Part shown: in pieces, positions 34,838-44,094 of the stretch | Layout of the letters: the number at the start of each line of letters is the position of its first letter | How positions within the stretch are numbered: position 1 is the first letter of the stretch | NCBI GenBank assembly: GCA_002269645.1 | Contig: NIVC01001147.1 | Span: 62,001 to 126,000 of the forward strand | Origin: Macrostomum lignano | Taxonomy: Eukaryota | Direction: 5' to 3' | DNA length: 64,000 bases | The notes under the pieces: generated by a model | What the model saw: only the letters and a program-made list of their open reading frames with translations | Database searches by the model: none | Told to the model about the DNA's origin: nothing | Made by a program: the position numbers and the translations under genes

Positions 34838-36419
34838 ATCGTTTCTGCCGATTTTCCTCTGCGCCCAGTCCGACGCCGCTCTCGACAGTCTGGCTCGACG
34901 GCTGCGCCTCGCCGCTCCGTGCCTACTGCTGCTCCGCCTGCCATCGTCTGGCCTCGTCGCTCCCGACGTCGCCGATCTGACAATCGACGCGCAAATCCAA
35001 CGTCGACGCCTGGAAGAGTTCGGCACGGATGACGACAGTTTAAACGACAGCCAGACGATGCAGCAGCGCCTTCTGCGCTCCGCCGACGTGATTCTGGCGT
35101 TGTCGACGTCGATTGGCGGCTTGTACGACGTCCGGTTTTCCTTGGCGCTGATTGACGATGCAAACGAGTCGCCCGAGTCGGCCGCGCTCTGCGCTCTGGC
35201 CCGATGCTCCAGGCGTGTCGTGCTGCTGGGAACTGACCATCGGCTAGCGGTGGCGGCGGCAACGACGTCGAACGCCCTGGCGCTGACTGTGCAGCACCGG
35301 ATGCGGCCGGAACTGGCCAGCCTGCCCAGCCGATGCTTCAGCTGGCCGGCACTCGAGATGCCGGCGCCGCCGCCCACCCTGCCGCCGCCGATGGTTTTTC
35401 CCGCTGTCTGCTTTATCAACTGCGATGAAGGCTCGGCAGCTTCATCTATCGAGCTGATTGACCGGGTTCTCGCTGTTCTACTGGAAACTGAATCTTTGGA
35501 AGCCATTGCCGTCCTGACACTGTCAGGTGCGTCCGATCGGGTTGGCCAATCCTTGCACCTTCGGGATGTTCAGGTGGCTAGCATTGATGAATTCCGTGGT
35601 CTCGAGACCGACTTTGTCATTGTACATGCAGATGCCAATAGCTTGCTGTCTGATGCTGAGCAGTCGGATTTTGAAGTTCTCTTTACGCGAGCGAGACGTT
35701 GTATTGTTGTCATTGGCGACCGGGTTGCTATGGAGACCAGCTCGAATATCTGGTGCAATTGGCTGTCGCAGGCTGAAGAGATTTCGGAATGCCAACTTTG
35801 GAATCAGAGTAACGGCGCCCGGAAGCAGTTGAGTCAGGGCGGTAAACATCAGAGAGACCGAGGAGGCAAACCATCTGCTCGCGGCGGCGGTGATCAAAGA
35901 GGCGGACAATCTGCTCGCGGCGGCAGAGATCAGAGAGAATGGCAATCTGCTCACGGCGGTAGAGATCAAAGAGAATGGCAATCTGCTCGCGGGGGCAGAG
36001 ATCAAAGAGAATGGCAATCTGCTCGCGGGGGCAGAGATCAAAGAGAATGGCAATCTGCTCGCGGCGGCAGAGATCAAAGAGAATGGCAATCTGCTCGCGG
36101 CGGCAGAGATCAAAGAGAATGGCAATCTGCTCGCGGCGGCAGAGATCAAAGAGAATGGCAATCTGCTCGCGGCGGCAGAGATCAAAGAGGCGGACAATCT
36201 GCTCGCGGCGGCAGAGATCAAAGAGAATGGCAATCTGCTCGCGGCGGCAGAGATCAGAGAGAATGGCAATCTGCTCGCGGCGGCAGAGATCAGAGAGAAT
36301 GGCAATCTGCTCGCGGCGGCGGAGATCAGAGAGAATGGCAATCTGCTCGCAGCGGCGGAGATCAGAGAGAATGGCAATCTGGTCGCGGCGGTAGAGATCA
36401 AAGAGGCGGACATTATTAA
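11606..36419 (+). CDS. Multidomain cellular RNA-dependent RNA polymerase: B-box/coiled coil/NHL-like propeller + RdRP + UPF1/ZNFX1-like SF1 helicase + RGG-repeat tail
   Basis: Phase-consistent exons: 11606-11728, 12347-13413, 13951-14526, 21705-22124, 22849-23368, 23724-24017, 24547-24733, 25020-25210, 26024-26441, 26836-27405, 28868-29141, 32153-32615, 33167-(34357 or 34402), 34632-36419. RdRP motifs: NRLID, YLGCSSGGLK, KRQARIGLLFS, FTDGCGSVS, PSVYQIRYRGYKG, LNRQFITLLSGLGV, LFGVCD, KSPCYLLGD, HLVDCIVFP, SGSDLDGDQFFVCWD, SRAVDAAKSG. Helicase motifs: LDASQ, GPPGTGKS, QHRM, TRAR. The exon 13/14 junction is uncertain. Confidence 0.85.
11987..12163 (+). mobile_element. tRNA-derived CORE-type SINE in RdRP intron 1
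   Basis: A box (TAGCCCAGTGG) and B box (GGTTCGATTC), followed by CACTTTAACTCTCTGCATTGCTTCATTCCACCCAGCTGTAAAATGGGT, which resembles the CORE domain of MIR-like SINEs. Confidence 0.7.
13430..13930. repeat. Two adjacent minisatellites (19-bp TTGTTAGATCTGGCGCCTG; 22-bp CAGTAGATCTGGCAGCTGTAGT) filling RdRP intron 2
   Basis: Read directly from the sequence. Confidence 0.93.
14555..16127. repeat. 37-bp minisatellite (ATGGATTTGGAACCATAGACAATCTCCCGGATATCAC), RdRP intron 3
   Basis: About 42 copies, identical units with no unique spacers. Confidence 0.96.
17210..20065. repeat. C-rich 21-bp minisatellite (CAGCCCCATCCCACTCCCCCA) and derivatives, RdRP intron 3
   Basis: Accounts for the 652-aa PQPHPTP pseudo-ORF. 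Confidence 0.96.
20835..21660. repeat. 24-bp minisatellite (CATCCCTACATCCATAAAACCCTA), RdRP intron 3
   Basis: Read directly from the sequence. Confidence 0.95.
22220..22650. repeat. 59-bp composite minisatellite, RdRP intron 4
   Basis: Alternating GGGAATCGTGAATGATGAGACGTGAGGATCA and GGTAATCGTGAATGGTGATACATGATTT half-units. Confidence 0.92.
22849..27405 (+). CDS. RdRP gene exons 5-10: cellular RdRP catalytic domain
   Basis: Full ordered set of eukaryotic RdRP motifs across six exons; the catalytic DLDGD is in exon 26024-26441. Confidence 0.95.
23430..25960. repeat. Intron-specific minisatellites in RdRP introns 5-8: 24-bp (23430-23610), 27-bp (24060-24490), 21-bp (24775-24955), 42-bp (25240-25960)
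   Basis: A different tandem unit in each intron, between conserved RdRP exons. Confidence 0.9.
27465..28848. repeat. Two abutting 20-bp minisatellites (TCTTGGCGCCACTCCTATCA; TGCCATTCCTACTATCTGAG), RdRP intron 10
   Basis: Read directly from the sequence. Confidence 0.95.
29240..32110. repeat. 20-bp minisatellite containing TTAGGG (GAGTGAGATTAGGGATCTGA), RdRP intron 11
   Basis: About 140 units; TTAGGT and TTAGGC variants occur. Confidence 0.97.
32640..33127. repeat. 21-bp minisatellite (TAGATCTAGACAGTGATTTTG), RdRP intron 12
   Basis: Read directly from the sequence. Confidence 0.95.
34500..34587. repeat. (CAT)n microsatellite in the intron before the helicase exon
   Basis: Source of the poly-H, poly-I and poly-M pseudo-translations in the ORF track. 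Confidence 0.95.
34632..36419 (+). CDS. RdRP gene terminal exon: SF1B (UPF1/NAM7/ZNFX1-like) helicase plus QREWQSARGGRD repeats
   Basis: LERLDASQRAAL...LLFIGGPPGTGKS...CAQSDAALDSL...LIDDANE...LLGTDH...LTVQHRMRPELA...VASIDEFRGLETDFVIV...VLFTRARRCIVVIG. Stop TAA at 36417-36419 overlaps an AATAAA. Confidence 0.85.
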
Positions 36420-37131
36420 ATAAATATGCATCGAACTTTCAATGGCTGAATTGATTAAATTGGCTGAGATTTTTACAAATATCTTATTAATAGCAATACT
36501 CCAGTTAAATAGCTAGGTTGCTATTTTGCGGCTACCGCAAGTGAACAAATTTTGTACTGGGTACTTTGAATGTAATTTCGGCGTTGATAAACTGTTACAG
36601 TTTCAAATCTGGAGTCGACTAATTCCATATACAAGTATAAGTCATATTTACTAACGCAGGATTCGTTAGTTGCTTTCCTAGAAAGCAAAATGTACTTATT
36701 AAACACAGCCATTTATCTTTGACCCCTACTATTTGATAGATGTTAAGAATAGTTTATTTTGGCAAAAAATTATTAAAACGCGCTGTGTACATGTCCTCAT
36801 GCTCAGTTTGAGCAAATATTTTACTCATTTATTGCCAAAAAGTATGCCACTTTTAGGCCAGCATTTTATAACAATTTTACCTTTCAATATAGATGAATCC
36901 GTGTGCGTGCCCTTTTAATACATACTGCATCAGCTTAAGACTGCTTGGTATTTTTCTATGTAAGAAAAACCTTATTTTTTAATCAGGTTTTTACTGTTAT
37001 GTATTATGCGCCCATTCAAGTAAGTAATTCTCTACCCATTCATATATATATCCCGACTATTTTTTTATATATTCTTACAAAAGCACTTTAGAACTTTGAA
37101 CTTTTTCCTTTTTATGGCTAAGTCGTCTTTT

Positions 37132-37718
37132 TAGCCGCTACCCTCCGCTCAGTCCATCATTGAGTGCCGCTACCCTCCGCTCAGTCCATCATTGAGTGCC
37201 GCTACCCTCCGCTCAGTCCATCATTGAGTGCCGCTACCCTCCGCTCAGTCCATAATTGAGTGCCGCTACACTCCGCTCAGTCCATCATTGAGTGCCGCTA
37301 CCCTCCGCTCAGTCCATCATTGAGTGCCGCTACCCTCCGCTCAGTCCATCATTGAGTGCCGCTACCCTCCGCTCAGTCCATCATTGAGTGCCGCTACCCT
37401 CCGCTCAGTCCATCATTGAGTGCCGCTACCCTCCACTCAGTCCATCATTGAGTGCCGCTACCCTCCGCTCAGTCCATCATTGAGTGCCGCTACCCTCCAC
37501 TCAGTCCATCATTGAGTGCCGCTACCCTCCGCTCAGTCCATCATTGAGTGCCGCTACCCTCCGCTCAGTCCATCATTGAGTGCCGCTACCCTCCGCTCAG
37601 TCCATCATTGAGTGCCGCTACCCTCCGCTCAATCCATCATTGAGTGCCGCTACCCTCCGCTCAGTCCATCATTGAGTGCCGCTACCCTCCGCTCAGTCCA
37701 TCATTGAGTGCCGCTACT
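37132..37718. repeat. 32-bp minisatellite (GCCGCTACCCTCCGCTCAGTCCATCATTGAGT), intergenic
   Basis: About 18 near-identical copies. Confidence 0.96.
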
Positions 37719-37815
37719 AATGCTTTGTGGATATCCCGCTAATTTCAGCTGCAGCCCCGAATACTTTTCAACCAAATAATTTTGCTGCAGCAAATCGAGC
37801 CAAACTAAACAGGGA

Positions 37816-37958
37816 ATGCCTGGTCGAGTCTCTTTAGTCAGCAGGACGACGTCCGCGACCATGCGGCTGGTTACGCGGCGTTGGTGCAGCGGCAGCTCCA
37901 GCGGAGCAGCAAGCGGTGGCAGTCAGCAGCGTCAGCAGCAATCAGCGGTGAGCTGATG

Positions 37959-38025
<67 letters not shown>

Positions 38026-41000
38026 GTCTGTCTGTCTGTCTGTCTGTCTGCCGGTTATTCCTGCTAATCAGTCCTACAGTAAAGCGGATCCCATTCGACA
38101 GCGCCGGATCATCCACAGCCCTGTGCCGGATATCCCTGCCTCTGAGCTCAACAGCCTTCTCGGATATCCTAGCTTGACGCTTAGTCGCGTTGACGAGGCT
38201 CCCAACCGCCCGGCGCTAATCGACGTCTCGGCGCGGACGGAAAATGACGATGGTGGCAGCCACCGAGTACTGACCCTCGCCGACGTTCGCGACCTTTCGT
38301 TGAACGCCGCCGGCGGCCTGGCACGTCACGGCATCGTTGATGGCGCCGTTCTGGCGCTGTTCCTGCACAACTGCCTGGAGTTCGTGCTGGCCCAATTAGG
38401 CGGCATGATCGCTGGCGCTACTTTGACACTGGCTAATCCGAATTTTACGGCCAGCGAGCTGGCTTATCAGCTGCGTCATTCCGGCGCCGTGGCTGTTGTT
38501 ACTCAGGCCGATAAATTCGAGATTGCCGCCAAAGCTGCCAAAGAGGCCGGCTGCGTGAAGGTGAGGGGAGAGGCTGCTCTGTTGCCAACTCCATTCTGTG
38601 TACATGTATTCACTGTGTATTCACTGCAATGTATACACGCGGCTATAGACTGTCCCCAACAACTCTGCCCCTCAATGTACACACCCAGCCATAGACTATC
38701 CCCAACAACTCTGCCCCTCAATGTACACACGCGGCCATAGACTGTTCCCAACATTTCTGCCCCTCAGTGTACACACGGGGCCATAGACTGTCCCTAACAA
38801 CTCTACCCCTCAGTGTACACACAGGGCCATAGACTGTCCCTAACAACTCTGCCCCTCAATGTACACACGCGGCCATAGACTGTCCCTAACAACTCTACCC
38901 CTCAGTGTACACACAGGGCCATAGACTGTCCCTAACAACTCTGCCCCTCAATGTACACACGCGGCCATAGACTGTTCCCAACATTTCTGCCCCTCAGTGT
39001 ACACACGGGGCCATAGACTGTCCCTAACAACTCTGCCCCTCAGTGTACACACGGGGTCATGGACTGTCTCCACCAGCTCCGGCCCTCAATGTACTCTATT
39101 CCTCCTCCAACTGTGCTTCAATTGTACACTACCGCTCCGCTGTCCCAAGGACATCTACGTCGTTGACAAGCTTATGTCCGGTGCGCATCACTTTGACGAG
39201 CTGCTGGTCGACTCCGACGGTCCGCGCAGCCTTGACGACTGGCAGCTGGACCCGTCGAAACGCGTGGCCATTCTACCCTACAGCAGCGGCACCACAGGCC
39301 TGCCCAAGGGAGTGCAGCTGAGCCACAGTAACATCTGCATTAACCTGCTGCAGTACAATCGCACAGTGCGACCGCCCGTCATGTCCGGCCCGTATCTGGG
39401 AGTGCTGCCGTTCTATCATATTTACGGTCAGGTGAGAGGCAAACATTGCAGTTGCGATTCTCACTGTATTTTTGTATTTTAAATGAATCTCATACCCTTT
39501 ACTTAAGACCGATCCACATACCTACAGCCCGATCCCTACAACCCCACCATCACGACAACCCCATCCCTACAACCCCATCCCTACAACCCCATCCCTACAA
39601 CCTCACCATCCCTACAATCCCATCCCTACAACCCCATCCCTACAACCCCATCCCTACAACCCCATCCCTACAACCTCACCATCCCTACAATCCCATCCCT
39701 ACAACCCCATCCCTACAACCCCATCCCTACAACCCCATCCCTACAACCTCACCATCCCTACAACCCCATCCCTACAACTCCATCCCTATAACCTCACCAT
39801 CCCTACAACCCCATCCCTACAACCCCAACCCTACAACCCCTTCCCTACAACCCTATCCCTACAACCCCATCCCTAAAACCCCATCCCTACAATTCCATTC
39901 CTACAACCCCATCCCTACAACCCCATCCCTACAACCCCATCCCTACAACCCCATCCCTACAACCTCACCATCCCTACAACCCCATCCCTACAACTCCATC
40001 CCTATAACCTCACCATCCCTACAACCCCATCCCTACAACCCCATCCCTACAACCCCATCCCTACAACCCCATCCCTACAACCCTATCCCTACAACCCCAT
40101 CCCTAAAACCCCATCTCTACAATTCCATCCCTACAACCCCATCCCTACAACCCTATCCCTACAACCCCATCCCTAAAACCCCATCTCTACAATTCCATCC
40201 CTACAACCCCATCCCTACAACCCCATCCCTACAACCCCATCCCTACAACCCCATCCCTACAATTCCATCCCCACAATGGAAATCCCTAGGCTATGGTCGG
40301 CCAAGCTCTGCACACCGGTTGCGCAACCGTTCTAATGCGCAAATTCGAACCCGAGAACTTTCTACGAGCAGTAGAAGAGCACGGGATCAACGTGATGCAT
40401 CTGGTGCCGCCGTTGGTGCTGTTCCTGCTTCAGCACCCGCTGTCGGAGCGGTACAACCTGTCCTCCGTGCGCCAGATCTACAGTGCCGCGGCGCCGCTTG
40501 GCCCGGAGATTCAGCTGCGCCTTGTGGACATGTTCAAGACTCGCTACGGGGTGGACATCGAGCTGCAGCAGCGTGAGTGACCTGCCGCCTCTCTGTGCTG
40601 CTTGGTGGCAAGATCCCTATCGATAGGGATGAGCTGGTGATTGGGTGAGGAGCTGTAAATGTAGCGATGGGGCTGTAGGGAGGGTAGGGTTGTAGGGAGG
40701 GAGGGTTGTAGGAATGGTACGATTGTAGTGATAGTAGGGTTGTAGGGATGGTAGGGTTGTAGGGATGGTAGGGTTGTAGGGAGGGTAGGGTTGTAGGGAT
40801 GGTGGGGTTGTAGGGAGGGTAGGGTTGTAGGGATGGTAGGGTTGTAGGGAGGGTAGGGTTGTAGGGAGGGTAGGGTTGTAGGGATGGTAGGGTTGTAGTG
40901 GTGGTAGGGTTGTAGGGATGGTAAGGCTGTATGGATGGCAGGGTTGTAGGGATGGTAGGGTTGCAGGGATGGTGGGGTTGTAGGGATGGCGGGGTTGTAG

Positions 41001-42647
41001 GGATGGTGGGGTTGTAGGGATGGTACGATTGTAGTTATGGTAGGGTTGTAGGGATGGTAAGGCTGTAGGGATGGTAAGGCTGTAGGGATGGTAAGGCTGT
41101 AGGGATGGCAGGGTTGTAGGGATGGTAGGGTTGTAGGGATGGTAGGGTTGCAGGGATGGTGGGGTTGTAGGGATGGCGGGGTTGTAGGGATGGTGGGGTT
41201 GTAGGGATGGTGGGGTTGTAGTTATGGTAGGGTTGTAGGGATGGTAAGGCTGTAGGGATGGTAAGGCTGTAGGGATGGTAAGGCTGTAGGGATGGCAGGG
41301 TTGTAGGGATGGTAGGGTTGCAGGGATAGTAGGGTTGTAGGGATGGTGGGGTTGTAGGGATGGTGGGGTTGCAGGGATGGTGGGGTTGTAGGGATGGCGG
41401 GGTTTTAGGGATGGTGGGGTTGTAGGGATGGTAGGGTTGTAGGGATGTCGTTCTTACAAAAGAGCACACTCGGCCCCGCGCACCCATCGCCAGTATACGG
41501 CCTGACGGAGACTTCGCCAATCACGCACGGGCCCCAGCCGCTGGGCGAGCGGCCAGCCAGCACTCTGGGCCAGATCGGAGCGCCCGTGTGCAACCAGCTC
41601 ACCAGGGTCGTCAACGTCGTTACCGGGCAGGACGTCGGCCCTGGGCAGGAGGGCGAGCTGGTTGTCAAGGGGCCGCAGGTGATGCTGGGCTATCTGAACA
41701 ACGAGAAGGCTACTAGAGATTGTATTCGCGAGGACGGCTGGTTTCATACTGGGGATATTGCCGTGTACGACGAGTTCGGCTACTTCAAGTAGGCGATATG
41801 CGAATTTTTTTCCTAAATTTTTAAATAAAGCTTGTACGATTGATTGTGATTACAAATATTCAAATCTATCTTCCTTCATCTATTGCCCTTTATCCTTCCT
41901 TTGTCCATCCTGTATCCTGTCTCACTGCATTCTCTTCCATCCCCTAACTTCAGTTATTACCTCCTTCTATTTCTCCCCTTCATTCACCTCCCTTTATCCA
42001 CCTCCCTTCATCTTTCCTCCCTTCACCCTCCCTTCCTTCATCCACCTCCCTTCACCCTCCCTTCATCCTCTCTCTCATCCTCCCTCCCATTCATCCTCCC
42101 TCCCATTCATCCTCCCTCCCTTCATCCTCCTCTCTCCCTCCCTTTCTCCTTTAACACCATCCATCTACGTCCCTTTACTCACCTTTCACTCGCATTCTCT
42201 TTCCCTTCATATCCCTCACTTCACCTACCTCTATTCACCCACTTCCCTTCATCTCCCTCCCTTCATCTCCAACCTTCCCTCTTTCTATCCTCCCTCTCCT
42301 CTCGCGCCAACCCACCCCATAGAATCGTGGACCGAGTCAAGGAGCTGATCAAAGTCAAGGGAAGCCAGGTGGCTCCGGCCGAGCTGGAGGACATCCTGCT
42401 GAACCACCCGTCCGTGCAGGATTGCGCCATCATTGGCAGGCCCGACGAGCGGGCCGGCGAGCTGCCCTGCGCCTTTGTGGTGCCCCGGCCTGGGGTGCAA
42501 CTGACTGCCGAGGAGGTCAAGTCCTACGTGGCCGACCGGGTCACCAAGTACAAGCGGCTGGACGGCGGCGTGGTCTTCACCGACTCGATTCCCAGGAACC
42601 CTAGCGGCAAAATACTGCGCAGGTTCCTGCGTGACTCACTGCACTAG
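37816..42647 (+). CDS. 4-coumarate-CoA ligase-like / firefly-luciferase-family acyl-CoA synthetase, complete, ~601 aa
   Basis: Phase-consistent exons: 37816-37947, 38072-38560, 39150-39431, 40290-40572, 41494-41788, 42323-42647. Motifs: ANPNFTASEL, LPYSSGTTGLPKGV, LPFYHIYG, AAPLG, YGLTETSP, GELVVKGPQVMLGYLNN, GWFHTGD, IVDRVKELIKVKG, PRNPSGKILRR. The start codon could be 37816 or 37861. Confidence 0.92.
38640..39065. repeat. 46-bp minisatellite, ligase intron 2
   Basis: Unit GCCATAGACTGTCCCTAACAACTCTGCCCCTCAATGTACACACGCG. Confidence 0.9.
39520..40272 (+). repeat. C-rich 14-bp minisatellite (CCCCATCCCTACAA), ligase intron 3
   Basis: Read directly from the sequence. Confidence 0.95.
40670..41445 (-). 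repeat. G-rich 17-bp minisatellite (GGGATGGTAGGGTTGTA), ligase intron 4, complementary to the intron 3 array
   Basis: Its reverse complement contains CCATCCCTACAACCC. Confidence 0.95.
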
Positions 42648-43625
42648 TGAGCTGGGTGAGCTGCGCTGAGTAAGGGGAGAGCTGGGTGAGTGTGGAGTGA
42701 GCTGCGCTGAGTAAGGGGAGAGCTGGGTGAGTGTGGGGTGAGCTGGGTGAGTATGGGGTGAGCTGGGTGAGTGTGGGGTGAGCTGCGCTGAGTAAGGGGT
42801 GAGCTGGGTGAGTGTGGGGTGAGCTGCTCTGAGTAAGGGGAGAGCTGGGTGAGTGTGGGGTGAGCTGCTCTGAGTATGGGGTGAGCTGGGTGAGTATGGG
42901 GTGAGCTGGGTGAGTATGGGGTGAGCTGGGTGAGTGTGGGGTGAGCTGCGCTGAGTAAGGGGTGAGCTGGGTGAGTGTGGGGTGAGCTGCGCTAAGTAAG
43001 GGGTGAGCTGGGTGAATATGGGGTGAGCTGCGCTGAGTAAGGGGTGAGCTGGGTGAGTGTGGGGTGAGCTGCGCTGAGTAAGGGGTGAGCTGGGTGAATA
43101 TGGGGTGAGCTGCGCTGAGTAAGGGGTGAGCTGGGTGAGTGTGGGGTGAGCTGCGCTGAGTAAGGGCGTAAGGGGTGAGCTGGATGAGTATGGCGTGAGC
43201 TGGGTAAGTATGGCGTGAGCTGGGTGAGTATGGCGTGAGCTGGGTGAGTATGGGGTGAGCTGGATGAGTATAGGGTGAGCTGGATGAGTATGGGGTGAGC
43301 TGCTCTGAGTATGGGGTGAGCTGGATGAGTATGGGGTGAGCTGCTCTGAGTATGGGGTGAGCTGCTCTGAGTATGGGGTGAGCTGGATGAGTATGGGGTG
43401 AGCTGGGTGAGTATGGCGTGAGCTGGGTGAGTATGGAGTGAGCTGGGTGAGTATAGAGTGAGCTGCTCTGAGTATGGGGTGAGCTGGATGAGTATGGGGT
43501 GAGCTGGGTGAGTATAGAGTGAGCTGCTCTGAGTATGGGGTGAGCTGGATGAGTATGGGATGAGCTGGGTGAGTATGGCGTGAGCTGGGTGAGTATGGAG
43601 TGAGCTGCTCTGAGTATGGGATGAG
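42646..43625. repeat. ~20-bp G-rich minisatellite (GTGAGCTGGGTGAGTATGGG) starting at the ligase stop codon
   Basis: Read directly from the sequence. Confidence 0.95.
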
Positions 43626-44094
43626 TATGGCTGTGAGCGCTGGGTGAATATAAATATTGCAGAATTAGTTTCACGAAATACATAGTGAAAATTCAATACT
43701 ATTGCTCGCTCATCGATGCAAATGCGGTCAATCATACGAGCTGCTAAATGCAGTGAATATTCACCCCAAAGGCATATTTTCTAGTGCTTTAATGCCCACA
43801 GAAACCCCAGGTTCGGTTAGAAAATACGGCATCGAATAATTCGATAATAATTTAACTGGATAGCGTTATGCTAATTCCAATTTATTTTACCGCTCACTCA
43901 TTTTCTCTCTTTTTCCAGACGAACTGCCATGGCCACTGCGAACTTGAAGGCGGTTTTTCGATAATCCTGCGTGCTTCACAGAACAAATTAACCAGTTTTA
44001 CAACTTTTCAGGATAATTTTTTTTCGATAGCAATCTTTACATGTTGATATTTTCCCGTATAATCACGCTTTGCTTAAATTTGATTAAATTGTAA

